This document shows, one piece after another, positions 1 through 11,158 of a DNA stretch of 64,000 nt; positions within the stretch are counted from its first letter, which is position 1; every line of letters starts with the position of its first letter. Source of the stretch: Diplonema japonicum (Eukaryota; Protista; Euglenozoa: Diplonemea); the NCBI GenBank assembly GCA_964019335.1, contig OZ025677.1, forward strand, positions 124,001 to 188,000. Reading direction: 5' to 3'. The translations under genes and the position numbers were made by a program. The notes under the pieces were generated by a model. That model was given only the letters and a program-made list of their open reading frames with translations, made no database searches and was not told the origin of the DNA.

Positions 1-93
1 AGAACAAAAGGACGCATAATCTTTGTCCTTTTGTCAACCTCTAGCATTGCTGATTTTGCAATCTGTTAAGGTGTCGGGGCAGCAGGGGAGGCC

Positions 94-266
94 ACGGGAC
101 CGGCAACAGAAGCAACGGGACCGGCAACAGAAACCACAGGACTAACGGGAACAGAAGCACCAGGCGCGGCAACAGGACTAACGGGAACAGAAGCACCAGG
201 CGTGGCAACAGGACTAACGGGAACAGAAGCACCAGGCGCGGCAACAGGACTAACGGGAACAGAAGC
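94..266. repeat. Minisatellite: ~3.5 x 36-bp unit plus ~2 x 21-bp unit
   Basis: acaggactaacgggaacagaagcaccaggcg(c/t)ggca is repeated. On the minus strand it reads ASVPVSPVAAPG repeats within ORF 66..371, which has no in-frame ATG (possibly a terminal exon or TE remnant). Confidence 0.8.
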
Positions 267-814
267 CGGACCAACAGCAGTAGGAAGGGCTTCTCTTCTG
301 TGTCTTTTCTGCTCTTTCTTTATCTGGGCATTCAGGGCGTCCGCGTACCTTGTTTTGAAAATGGAAACCAAAAGTAGATCTTGTACACCACAGACGTCGC
401 TTTGATTTTAGTGGGGCCTGTCCTGGGGGGGGTCAGGCCAAAAATAATAAAAATAGTTTTTTGTATTGTTCTGTAAAAAGTCCCAAGTTGGGTCCAAAAT
501 CCGAAAAAGGTACATAATTTATACAGCACACTAAATCCCCAGACCATTATTAAAACTGAACAATATAAATACAAATCCGGTATTGTTGGAACAAAAAAAA
601 GAGAAAAAAAAAAAAAGAAACGTTGCTGAAAGGTCGTGAACGAATCATCTCCAATTCATTCCTTCTTCCCATTATCAAAAGCGAGGCAGGCCTGGTCCCA
701 GTCACGAGCGGCCCAAGGCATAAAAGGCTAGTACCATCGCTTCGATCTCTTAAGGTCAACAAAAAAAAACCCCCCCTTCTTTTTTTTCTTTTTTTTTTTT
801 TTTCCCCTTCTTCT

Positions 815-2095
815 TCACCAAACCAGCAGCGAGCGGCCGAGCCCCACACTGATCACAAGGTAGCAATACGAAAAAACAACAACAAGCAAAATCGGGATCT
901 CGTAGCTCCAAGAAACCACCGGTGGCTTCACAGCTAGTCCGCTCGGTTCCTTCTTCGAATCCTCATCCAACTTCTTCTTTTTCTCCAATTTTCGTTTGAG
1001 AACTCGCGTTCTCTTCTCACCGTAGCTAATACAATACAGCGGCATGACAGCTCTACTCAATTCCCCGTCAACAGTGGCAACACTGCAAACGATGACGAAC
1101 CGGTCCCGCAGGTCTGGGTCAGTGCTGAAGATGGTTTTTGGATAGTGGGAAAATGACAAGCCAGCAGGGTAGTGCCCGTTACTCAACATGTTTTTCAGTT
1201 GAGCAACAGACAGACGAGTGTTGAGGAAAAGCTGCCTGTCCTGCACCTTGTACGCCGGGTACTCGTCGCGAAGCACTGCAAGTGCATCTATGTAACGCGA
1301 GACCTTCCTCGGACAGCAGCACTTCCTTACATCAACACACCCTACCCGCAGCTTTCTGGACTTCTTGTTTTCAAACCGTTTCAACAATTCAAAATACGCT
1401 CCGTTGTGGTTCATAGCTTTCCATGTTCTGATCTCGCTGAGATCCATTTTCACGTAGCTCACACATGAGTGTGTGTCAGCCTTGTCCTGCAGCACTTTAG
1501 ACACTGCTGTCTTATTCATCAGCTCCTTAAGCCAAGCAGGGCTTGCAATCCAACCCGACCCATGGTATAAAAGGTACATTGGTAGAGCCATCACCGTCCC
1601 TGGCTGGGTGATGATGACATGGAAACGTTGGCCGTTGATGTATCGTGAATGGACAGACTGCTGACCGATGAGGAGCTTGCAGTAGAAAATGTAGTTTGAA
1701 CCAGAGGAGAACATGACAGCGCTGGAAGGGAGGGCTGCGAAGTACTCTCCAGAGCCATGGGCTTGCCTGTTACGTTTTGTGATGTCGAAGCCGTGAGAGG
1801 CGATGCTGTAGATGTTGTGATCAGGGGTCCCATGGAAGCCGTAGTCTGTGTCGAGGTACTCTCCTGCTTGACTGGAGAGTATTTTGTGTGTTGTGTTGAA
1901 CGCTTCCTCTGCCTTGTCGTTGCGGATGCGCCACATTCTTTTCATTGTGGTTCCGCTGCATCTTTCCCTGATAAGTTTTGTTTCTTCCGGACATGAGACT
2001 TCTGTGAAGGTAACTTCGCTGCTTTTTCTCGGTTTCTCCTTTGTCTTGCTCCGATCAGTATTTGTGGCAGGTTTTGGTTTGTGGTGCCCACACAT
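815..2095 (-). CDS. PARP-like ADP-ribosyltransferase domain protein with a second degenerate ART-like domain and a C-terminal TM anchor
   Basis: GFHGT...IASHGF...HGSGEYFA...YIFYCKLLIG...LPMYLL follows the PARP catalytic pattern. A second copy reads RQLFLNT...MLSNG...GLSFS...VIVCSV...VMPLYCISY. Hydrophobic C-terminus IPILLVVVFSYCYLVISVGLG. Confidence 0.8.
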   Translation of the reverse strand: MCGHHKPKPATNTDRSKTKEKPRKSSEVTFTEVSCPEETKLIRERCSGTTMKRMWRIRNDKAEEAFNTTHKILSSQAGEYLDTDYGFHGTPDHNIYSIASHGFDITKRNRQAHGSGEYFAALPSSAVMFSSGSNYIFYCKLLIGQQSVHSRYINGQRFHVIITQPGTVMALPMYLLYHGSGWIASPAWLKELMNKTAVSKVLQDKADTHSCVSYVKMDLSEIRTWKAMNHNGAYFELLKRFENKKSRKLRVGCVDVRKCCCPRKVSRYIDALAVLRDEYPAYKVQDRQLFLNTRLSVAQLKNMLSNGHYPAGLSFSHYPKTIFSTDPDLRDRFVIVCSVATVDGELSRAVMPLYCISYGEKRTRVLKRKLEKKKKLDEDSKKEPSGLAVKPPVVSWSYEIPILLVVVFSYCYLVISVGLGRSLLVW

Positions 2096-3220
2096 TTTCT
2101 TTTTTTTAAAACAATAAGGATAAAATATTCCTTTTAGGGGGGGGGGGTTTTAAAATCTAAGAGGGGGAAGAAAAAAAGAAGAAGAAAAACAAGAAGCTGT
2201 TCAGTCGTTGATATTCACGGGGTGGGGGTTTAAGGGAAGAAAAGAGGGTATTTTCTTTTTTTTTTGTGTGTTTTTTTTCCCTTTTTTTTTTTCCTCCCTT
2301 CTTGCTGAGCTAACAACCGTAAATCACTGGAACTTGGGCCGTGTTCGTACGTGCCGTAGGAAAGAAGAAAAAAGAGGGGGAGGGGAAAGATTTATATGTT
2401 CTCTTTCAAAAGCTTTTGTACCCCCCCCCCCCCCCCTGAGCGAAAATGGTATAAAAGAAACAAAAAAAAAAGAAAAATACAAGCAGAACGAAAAAAAAAA
2501 AAAGGAAAAAAAAACACCACACCACCAAATAATAATAGCTATTTATTCAACGAAATTTACGACACCACTGGGCGCATAAAATCCTCAATTTACTTCATTA
2601 AGTTCCTCGAGTCATTTCTTTTTTTTTTTTGTTTACCTTTTCGTCATTTGGGTCACTCACAGTAGATTGGTAATTTGATATCGGGGAAACCAATTCCTTT
2701 TTTTTTTTTTTTTTCCTGAAAAAAATTATATGAGGGGGTTTCATTACCGCCCGGGGCATATTTCTTTACACCGTGCACATACTGAAAATCCTCTATTTTT
2801 AAGCCGGGAAAAAAAGGGGGTAATCTTGTGAGGCGGGTTAAGAAAAAGACGAAGGGGGTGTAAGAATACAAAAAAACAATAATAAAAACCCACAAAACAC
2901 AAGAAGAACAAAAAAAATACTTGGAAGAAACGAAAAAAAAAAATGAAACTGGCCCGGTGGTTATCAAAACACATCCAGGCACCATAACCATCAAAAAGAA
3001 GTCTCCCCCCCCTTTTTTTTTCTTTTCTTTCTTATATTCCGAACAGAGAGAGGAGAGGGGGCAAAAAAAAAGGCAAACCAAAAAAGATCAGAACAAAAAA
3101 AAAAATCAGGCAAGAAAAAATTCGCAAAAGAAAAAAAGAATCTAGGGAAGGGAGGGTGTAAAAACACACTTTGACACTCTTCCCCCCCCCCACCCCACCC
3201 CTCCCCCCCCCCCTTTTTTT

Positions 3221-6200
3221 TTACATCATTTCAGGATTGCTGAACACAGTGGATAGGTTTGCATACGTCCCACCGTGATAAATTACATTGAACCTGACGT
3301 ACAATGGTATCTTGTGTAAAGAGTACTCGTCGTCCTGGTTTTTTTTTTTTTTTTTTTCCCTTAACCCACACAAATACCTCTCCAAATGTAACACCAGTCG
3401 CCTTACCCGCGTTGGGGGACTTCTTTGCAGACCATCTTGGCTTCAACCCCGTCCAGTCATCGTCATCCGACGAAGAAGAAGCTTCAGCCTCCACCCCCTC
3501 GCCTTCATCCTTCTTCTTCACAATCTTTTGACGATCCCCAGCATGCAATCTCGGATTAAATTGCACCAACGGCACCAACCCTTCCGTCACAACTAAGCTC
3601 AGTTCGACCGATTCCAGAACCTTGTTCAAGAGCACCGCATAACCCTGCGGAGGAACCATCTCGCCGGGAAGCTTTAAATAACGGTTTCCGTCTTCCCGTT
3701 TGTCAATGCTGTCTAACGACGCGCCGCTAATCTCAAGCAGCACATCCGACGCCCATTGCAACTGAGGCAAGCAGTCGACAAGAATCGTGGCGTGCGGGCA
3801 AGCTACGGCAAGACCTTTTCTCCTGGCCTGTCCGGTTATGCTCAAACTGCTTGTCACCAACCTCTGTTCCAACACGCTTACTGGTATAAGTACATTCCCC
3901 GCATCGCGAAGTCCCCAGTCGAGCTCTTGAATGTACGACATGCAAGCTTGGAATGTAGCCAATCTGTACGCGTCATCTGAAGAGGAATCGAACAGCTCCG
4001 AATCAGCAGTGAAGTCCTGTAGGAACCGAAGCTGTGAGGAACAACTTTTCAATCCGGCTTTGATGAAGATGTACAGGTTGATGGGGAACAGATCGTCGGC
4101 TGACCCGCCTTCAAACGCGTCGGGGTGCGTCTCCTGAGCGAGTTCTTGCACGTTGAGCTCGAACACACATGCTGTTGACATTCGTGTTAAATCGCCTTTT
4201 ATGTCAGTTTTCGTTGGCGAGGTCATCGGGAGTTGCGAAGCGATCTTCTTGCCCACTGCAGACGCGGATAGAATTAATGATTCGTCTGCAAAATTTGTGA
4301 ACCCGTCGCTCAATGGTGTTGAGCTGCTGATTCTGTCGATGTCAAGCGACACCCTAGTAGGGGACTGTGATATGATAACTTCTTCGTGTTCCGGCGGGCG
4401 TGACCCTGCGCGTTTTCTGTGCGATGCAATCACACCCTTCACCTCGTTGTTGATGGCCGAGGATTTCAGCTGGGACAGCATGGTGAGCTGGTCGATCTCT
4501 GTTGCGATCTTTCGCAAGCATTTCAGTTTGCTCACCACCCCTGGAAGCGACGGCAGGCCCGCGAGCTCCGTGATCGCATTGTCATAAGGCTGGAACAGAG
4601 TTTTCCCGGTATCCCTTCCGTATGACACTCCAATGTCGTCTAGCGTAACGTTGCGGAGGGTTGACAGCTTCCGTGCTATCTCCGCGTCTTGCTTAGCAAA
4701 GATCACCTCGTACAGGTTCTTTGTGATGGAGTACGTCTTTGATAATATGGCGTCGTTCACACGCTTCAGGACGACCTGCGACAGGTCCATTCTTCTGAAG
4801 AACAAATCGGACAGGACTTCCCCGAAACATTGTTCGATGCATTCCCGCAGCCTGTACAGGAACGATGAGACATCGTCCAGCGCGTTGCACAGATGGCTCA
4901 TGTGAACCTTCATTCGGGTGCCACGATGGATGCACCCGCCAAAATGCTGCCTTCCGTGGCAGTATGAGATGGGTCGTGTTTTTGTTGGAATGATGGTCGG
5001 GTGGTGTTGCGCGGGGCCGGGGAAGCTGCCCGCTTTCCCGTGCATTGCCATTTGCTTCTCCTTGAAAAACTTGTCGTCAAAATACCCGGACTTGTACAAC
5101 GGGGTCAACGGCCCTGCGCCCACCTCATCGTTCGCACCGCAACTGCCGTATAAAAACCCGAAATACCTGTTGAACCACGAGCAGTACACGGCAAGGACGT
5201 GTTTTGGTTTGCCGTCGAAGACCTTTGTGAAATACTGAACAACCGCTTCTTCTAGTTTTGGGCGGATGGCGTGATAGTCCTTCGGCCTGAGATACTGGAT
5301 GCAGTCGACCCCAACAGGCGTTTTCAGTTTCAAATGGCGGTGGATGATCTTCAAAAATGGCGAGTCGGGACCTTCCAGTTTCGTCCTTTCGTCGTGAAAC
5401 CCCGACTGGACAGCTGCCCGGAAGGGTTTCCATCTTGTCGGTTTGCACCTGTTAGATGTGACCGACGTGATGTCGGGCAGCCAGGAAGGGTTCAGCATGG
5501 ATATGGCCCACGAAGTCGGTTTGTGTGTGTTCGTGCTGCATTTCCCCTTTGCAGTCAGAACGTCGCCTTTCCATAGCCCGGAGACCGTTGAGCCGTTTGG
5601 CATGTATAAGGTACCAGGTCCGCAGTATTCGTCCTTCCTCCATTCTCCTTCGTAGATGGAGCCGTCTTTGTTCAGCATGGTGCCTGTTCCTGTCCGTGCG
5701 TCGCAGTCCCACTGCCCGTAATACCGTGCCTTGTCTCTGTAGGTCTGCACGCCGAACCAGACGCGTTTGTCGGCTTTCCAGTGTCCGAAATATCTGTTTT
5801 CTTTTTCAACCCCGCTGCACAGCTCGCCCATCCCTGTTCTCTGTATTGTGATGCACCGCACGTACCCAATGAAGTCCTCGAAGGCGACGTCCCTGTCCTT
5901 CGTCACCGTGATGACCCCGTAGTACAGGTCGCCATTTGGGTACTCCACCTTTACAGGGCGCTTCTCGTCGATGCGGTTGGTGTCCCACGAGCAGTGCAGT
6001 GCGATGCCCGTCATGTTGGTTTCGGAGCTGTTGATCTTCACTGACCCAAGCCCTTGCGCCATCCCGTTCTCGAAGTAGCCTCGAAACTGGTACGCCGAGC
6101 ACGTCTTCTCGCCAAGACCGTTCGGGATGTTAGTTGAGGTGACCGGTCCGAAGTATATCTCACCGCGTGAGCTTTTGTGCGTCACCAGCTTCCCCATCAT

Positions 6201-6473
6201 GTCGTCTGCCGGCATTGAGAGACGCCTGGCTGTTGCGTGAATGGGTGAGAACGTCCTCTCGCTTGTCGGTGGTGCGCTCTGCATCCTCGTTCTCTTCGTT
6301 TCGAATTCTGTCGGTTTGTTTGTTATCGGCGTGCTCGGCCCGACCCTCACCCGCAGCGCCGACGGGGCGGACCCATCCTTCACTAAGCTCTCTCGTAGCT
6401 TCTGGCCTTTCGACACAAGCCGCATCGAAGTGTCGGCATCGGGAACCAACGGGTGTTCCTCCTTATCGCCCAT
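3221..6473 (-). CDS. MORN-repeat + VPS9-domain protein (alsin/ALS2CL-like Rab5 GEF); exons 3378-6473 and 3221-3334
   Basis: MORN repeats (YFGHWKADKRVWFGV, YYGQWDCDARTGTG, YEGEWRKDEYCGPG) and VPS9 motifs SADDLFPINLYIFIKA and AYRLATFQACMSYI. Splicing 3335-3377 replaces a poly-K read-through with DDEYSLHKIP...NPEMM*. Confidence 0.85.
3335..3377 (-). other. 43-nt GT-AG intron, phase 0
   Basis: GAG|gtatttgtgtgggttaagggaaaa...aaccag|GAC; restores a plausible 37-aa C-terminus. Confidence 0.7.
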
Positions 6474-6851
6474 GTACCCGCCTGCAGTGGTGTGAAATAA
6501 AACCTTTCACAAAAGAAAGGGGAGGGCAGACCAGAGTTTTTTATTAAAAAAAAATAAAATAAAAAAGAACGAAGAAGAAAAAAAACCTAATTATAAGGAA
6601 AGGGGCAGTGAACTGTAATTGAAGACATCACGAAGTGTAGGCGGCTGGGGACGGGGGAGGAAGAAGAGATGGGACGCGTGAGGAAAAAAAAAAGAGAAAA
6701 AAAAAACAAAGAAAGAATGAAACACAGAGAAGAAGGGATGGAAAGAGAAAAGAAAAGAAAAAAACATCCTACTGGAATGAAATGAAATGTATCTGTTCTT
6801 CACAGGTTCCAAAGAAAAAAAAAAGAAGAAAAAAAAACTGAAAAGAAAGAA

Positions 6852-8063
6852 CTACGAGAGAGACTCGAGATAGGTGGCAAGCTCGTCGTGCCCAGCATCT
6901 CTGGCGATGCTTCCGGCAGATTGATGAGCAGCGTTGGTGTCAGTGTGGCATGCGGAGTGAGTGACAAGGGACTTCGCGGCGGCGATATGACCTTTCCGGG
7001 CTGCAAGCATAAGGGAGGTCCACCCACCTGTTTTGCGAGCATGAGGGTAAGCACCGCGGGCCAGCAGCAGGTCGAGGAGGCCTGTGTCGCCATTCTGCGA
7101 CGCGTACATAAGGGGGGTAACACCGTTGTAATTTGCTTGATTGGGGTCTGCTCCTTTAGCGAGGAGCTTTCCAGCGACGTCCGCGTCGCCAGCTTGGGCT
7201 GCGAACACCAACGCAGAATCACCTTGCAGGTTGGTGTGGTTCATGACCTTCTTCGAGGCTCGTTCAAGTAGAACGTCTACAGCCCCGCCCCTCCCGTACT
7301 TGATAGCGTACATTAATGGGGACGACGATCCTTTGTCGCCTTCTTGACTGCATCCTGTGTCTAGTAGAAGTTTTATCGCGTCTTCATGTCCCATCCGTGC
7401 GGCGAAGCACAAGGGTGACTGCTTCCCCCCCACCTCTGCGTCCATCCCCGCTGCCACAAGCTTCTTGATGAGCTCCGTGTCGCCTATCGATGCGGCGTAC
7501 ATCAAAGGTGTGATGCCTGTGTCCTGTAGGTACCACTTGGCGATGACTTCACCTCCATGGTACATCAGAAGGTAGTCGACGATGTCTTGTCGGCTTTTCT
7601 TGCAGGCCTTTCGCAGCTCCACCCCCGACAGCGACGGTTGCACGGCGACACGGTTCGCCTCCAGCCACATCCTTGCCTGTTCTTCCTTCGTGATGGACAG
7701 GAAGATGGTCGCGTCTGCCGTCAGGCATGTCTCAAGCAACAGTGTCTCATCGTCATATGTACCGTCGAACAACTCCTGAACGGAGGCAGGGAGGCCTATC
7801 CTTTCCTCTATTTTGGTTTTGATGTCGCCCACCTTGTCCAGGAGAGCGACCTCTACGCACACGGTCTCTCCCATTACACACACGTAGATGTTCATACCCC
7901 CTTCTGCTGTGTCGCTTGCCTCGTAGCACGGCGATGCCCGTGCGTCATCAGTGCTGCATGGGGTCACCTCATTGTCCACTCTGATGTGTTTAATGCCACC
8001 CTGCACACATACAACTGCCGCTCTGTTGTTGTGTTTCGAAGGCGCTGTGCCGCAGTTACCCAT
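6852..8063 (-). CDS. Ubiquitin-like domain + ankyrin-repeat protein, putative N-myristoylation/palmitoylation
   Basis: N-terminus MGNCGT; Ubl-like MNIYVCVMGETVCVEV...KVGDIKTKIEERIGLPASVQEL; ankyrin motifs TPLMYAA, SPLCFAA, SPLMYAI, SALVFAA, TPLMYAS, TSLMLAA. Confidence 0.9.
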   Translation of the reverse strand: MGNCGTAPSKHNNRAAVVCVQGGIKHIRVDNEVTPCSTDDARASPCYEASDTAEGGMNIYVCVMGETVCVEVALLDKVGDIKTKIEERIGLPASVQELFDGTYDDETLLLETCLTADATIFLSITKEEQARMWLEANRVAVQPSLSGVELRKACKKSRQDIVDYLLMYHGGEVIAKWYLQDTGITPLMYAASIGDTELIKKLVAAGMDAEVGGKQSPLCFAARMGHEDAIKLLLDTGCSQEGDKGSSSPLMYAIKYGRGGAVDVLLERASKKVMNHTNLQGDSALVFAAQAGDADVAGKLLAKGADPNQANYNGVTPLMYASQNGDTGLLDLLLARGAYPHARKTGGWTSLMLAARKGHIAAAKSLVTHSACHTDTNAAHQSAGSIARDAGHDELATYLESLS

Positions 8064-8188
8064 CCGGCCTGTGTGGTGGTTCGTTGGAAAGACAGGGAGG
8101 GTGAGGGGAACTCGAACTTTGAGATGGGGGAAAAAACAGGGCGAAACCGGGGCGTGTATACTAATTATTATTACACTTACTTAAATAG

Positions 8189-10729
8189 TTAGTGGGTCCC
8201 AACTGCCTCCCATTTTGAAAGGTTGCTTTGCAGCTGCAGCAATACAGGTTCCAGCCCCGAGAAGCTGCCGTTCGCCACCGCCGTGTAGAAGCTGAGCGCG
8301 ACGCCTCTAATGAAACCTATCTGGCCTTGTGCGAGTTCTTGTTTTGTAGTTCTGTCGAAGCCTGGTGTGACAGACTTGCCAGCAGCACGCTCTGAGTCGC
8401 CTTGGAGGTAGAACTCCGTGGTAATAGCGATCCCCCACAGCCTGGAGATATTGAAGGGCTTTGTCAGATTGGAGAGGTCCGCACATTTCAGCAGAATTGA
8501 GCACAGCAGCTTCCTTTGGTCCTCGTCATCCGGCGGTCGATTCATCACCTTTAGTTCCGAGTATGCAGCCACGGCATCCCTGTGCCGGGCCATGTCAGTG
8601 TTCAGAATGTTGTTGATGAGCAATTTGTACGCAAACACAGACTGCTCCTTTTGAAGCTCGGAAAATAAGCTCAGCTCCGGAAAGCCGAGGATCGCGATGG
8701 CCACGTTGCAGTGGTGCACCTCCAACACGGACGACGCACCTGACGCGTTGCTAAGCAGCCCAAGGGGCGTCTCAGATTTGGAATGGAACGAGTTGTTCAA
8801 ACCCATATGGTCCACGTCGTGTAGCAGGGCTGACACGAAGAGGACGAATATGTCCAACCGATGCAGGACCTTCTTGCAGCCGTAGACCTCTATGTACAAG
8901 TACATCGTCTGCAGAACGTCGAAGGCGTGCACAAAGTTATGGTACGGGATGGCACGGTACTTCTTGGAAGTCGTGACGAGAAACTTCGCGAGCTTCGTCT
9001 TGCTGACCTTAAACTCGTCCAAAATGCCCATGTGCTCGAATAGGAACACCGACAACGGGATCAGCTTCATGTACGACTCTTGCTTGTGAACATAGGTGTG
9101 GACGTTGAACTCGTCGCTCAGCACCATCTGGTACTCCTCGTCTGAGACATACACCATCGCTGCGGCTGTCTCCTCATCGGTGGCGGGGTAGATCCTGTCT
9201 GCCTCTGTGCTGTCCGCTACACCAGACGAGGCTTGGAGGAGCCTCATGGCGGAGTCACGAGATTCTTGGCAGAATTCCATTAATTTCGAGTTCGCAAGAT
9301 GCAAGCCTCCGAATGCCGCAAAGAAACGAAGCAGCTCTTCATCATCGTCGGTGAACTCGCCAGATATCTTGTTGATAACCTGCGCAACGGCAACAGTCTC
9401 GCCCTGTGCTATGACAGGCATGCAGAGAATGGTGCGTGTAACGAATCCGGTGGCAGCATCAACGTCAGGGTTGAACCTCGGGTCGCAGTATGCATCAGGA
9501 ATGTTGACTGTCTCACCTGACTGACACACGAACCCAGCAATGCCATGGTCAAGCGGCATTCTGATCTCCGTGCCGCCGGAGTTCGCCAGTAACGTACCGT
9601 TTTCTTTGTCAATGATGAACAGTGTGCATCTCTCTGCTTGCAGGAGAGCTGTGCAGCCGTCGACGATGACATCACAGACCCCCAGCCACGACCCGAGGTC
9701 TGTCTCGCTTACACGCTGCACCACGTCTAGAAGGATCTCGTTCTTGCGCTTCTCTGTGGCGATCTGTCTGTACGTGTAGCTGTTCTGAAGGAAGACACCT
9801 GCGAACAGCGAGAAGGCTTGAAACAACGACTCGTCCTCCGAACAGAAGTAATCCTTCCCCGGAGCATTTTTCTTGTTGAGCAGCTGCGCCACAGCGATGA
9901 CAGACGACTCGTACAACACAGGTGCGCACAGCAACGCCTTTGTCCTGTACCCGGTCTTCTTGTCGATGTCTTGGTTGAACCTGCTGTCGGCGTAGGCGTC
10001 GGGGAGGTTGATCACTTTGCCTGTTTTGGCTACATTTCCGGCAATGCCACCACCGATGGGAAGGCGGATTTCAGAAGTTCCTTCTGCGATCTTTGAGACG
10101 ATTTCCTCGCCTTCAACGAGGAAGAAGGTGCACCGGTCGGCTTCAAGCAGCTTTGACGCGGACTGGATCAACGTTTCAACGAGCTTCTGATGATCCGTTT
10201 GGTTGGAAGACATGTCGAGGCAGGTTTGAAGCAGTACTGATGCAGCTTCAGATTTTGTTGAGAGCACTGCGGAGAGAGTCAGCTTGCCTTTGTTTCCTGG
10301 TTCGTGGTCACCGTCTGTGATGAGCGTTCCACTTCGAAGTAGCCGTTTTAAAGTTCGGAATTGTGGAGGGCCTGAAATGGACATTCTGTTGGATTGGGCC
10401 AGCATGGCTTGAGACGCGGTTCGGAATCTTCTTCCGGAGCTGTTGAGGGAACAGTCGCTCTCCGCTTGCAGACCCCCCAGGTTTTTTATCTCCGTCACCT
10501 CGTCGCAGTGCAGTCCCCTCTGTTTAGAGACAACAGAAAAAGATTTCAAAATCTCACTCAGCGAGCCTTTCTCCTTAAACGCACCGTGGGCTATGCTGTG
10601 TTCAAGCATTTTCTCAGTTAAAACACGTAGACCTTCTTCCGGTTTTTCTTTTAGAAGATTGCCAAGCACACTTTCCAGTGCACTGTGAATTCCATTTTCT
10701 ATTAGATACGCGGAGTCGGTGTTTTCCAT
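8189..10729 (-). CDS. Class I cyclic-nucleotide phosphodiesterase with two GAF domains (kinetoplastid PDEB-like) and an N-terminal RIIa/Dpy-30-like D/D segment
   Basis: GAF motifs GIAGNVAKTG...DAYADSRFN..IDKKTGYRTK...VAQLLNK and GIAGFVCQSG...DAYCDPRFN..VDAATGFVTR...INK. PDE motifs YHNFVHAFDV, LLHDVDHMGLNN, LEVHH, TDMARH, KCADLSN, EFYLQGD, QIGFI. Confidence 0.95.
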   Translation of the reverse strand: MENTDSAYLIENGIHSALESVLGNLLKEKPEEGLRVLTEKMLEHSIAHGAFKEKGSLSEILKSFSVVSKQRGLHCDEVTEIKNLGGLQAESDCSLNSSGRRFRTASQAMLAQSNRMSISGPPQFRTLKRLLRSGTLITDGDHEPGNKGKLTLSAVLSTKSEAASVLLQTCLDMSSNQTDHQKLVETLIQSASKLLEADRCTFFLVEGEEIVSKIAEGTSEIRLPIGGGIAGNVAKTGKVINLPDAYADSRFNQDIDKKTGYRTKALLCAPVLYESSVIAVAQLLNKKNAPGKDYFCSEDESLFQAFSLFAGVFLQNSYTYRQIATEKRKNEILLDVVQRVSETDLGSWLGVCDVIVDGCTALLQAERCTLFIIDKENGTLLANSGGTEIRMPLDHGIAGFVCQSGETVNIPDAYCDPRFNPDVDAATGFVTRTILCMPVIAQGETVAVAQVINKISGEFTDDDEELLRFFAAFGGLHLANSKLMEFCQESRDSAMRLLQASSGVADSTEADRIYPATDEETAAAMVYVSDEEYQMVLSDEFNVHTYVHKQESYMKLIPLSVFLFEHMGILDEFKVSKTKLAKFLVTTSKKYRAIPYHNFVHAFDVLQTMYLYIEVYGCKKVLHRLDIFVLFVSALLHDVDHMGLNNSFHSKSETPLGLLSNASGASSVLEVHHCNVAIAILGFPELSLFSELQKEQSVFAYKLLINNILNTDMARHRDAVAAYSELKVMNRPPDDEDQRKLLCSILLKCADLSNLTKPFNISRLWGIAITTEFYLQGDSERAAGKSVTPGFDRTTKQELAQGQIGFIRGVALSFYTAVANGSFSGLEPVLLQLQSNLSKWEAVGTH

Positions 10730-10846
10730 TTTCCTCTTCTTTTTTTTTTTTGTTTAAAGGGGAAAAAGGGTATTTTGTTGTGTTTCAAAAAAAAAAAAAA
10801 AAAAAAAAAAAATAAAGAATGGGATACTCTAAGCTCACTGATTTTA

Positions 10847-11158
10847 TTATTTTTGTTGTTTCTTTTGGAAGACCTGTTTCGCTTTTCTTCTCGCGGCTTC
10901 GAATGTGACGATGCCCAGCCTTGGAACGCTCTGGACCTTTTGAAGATTCGCGGCGCGTTTCGCCTTGATCAGTTCCTTTCTCTCCGCCTCCACCTCGTCA
11001 TACTTCTTCCAGTTCTCTGTGAGCCGCTTTCTGAAGTCTAGTCTTTTCTGGTCCTGCGTACAGATCTCTCTCAACTGCTTATTCTTCACGTTCAGTTTTT
11101 TCACGGGGTTTTTCTTTTTATTCTTGTCACGCTTGTTACGGCTCCACGGGCCAGGCAT
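10847..11158 (-). CDS. Small basic coiled-coil hypothetical protein (103 aa)
   Basis: ATG preceded by an A-run like neighbouring genes, coding-like composition, flanked by homopolymer intergenic DNA. Confidence 0.65.
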   Translation of the reverse strand: MPGPWSRNKRDKNKKKNPVKKLNVKNKQLREICTQDQKRLDFRKRLTENWKKYDEVEAERKELIKAKRAANLQKVQSVPRLGIVTFEAARRKAKQVFQKKQQK

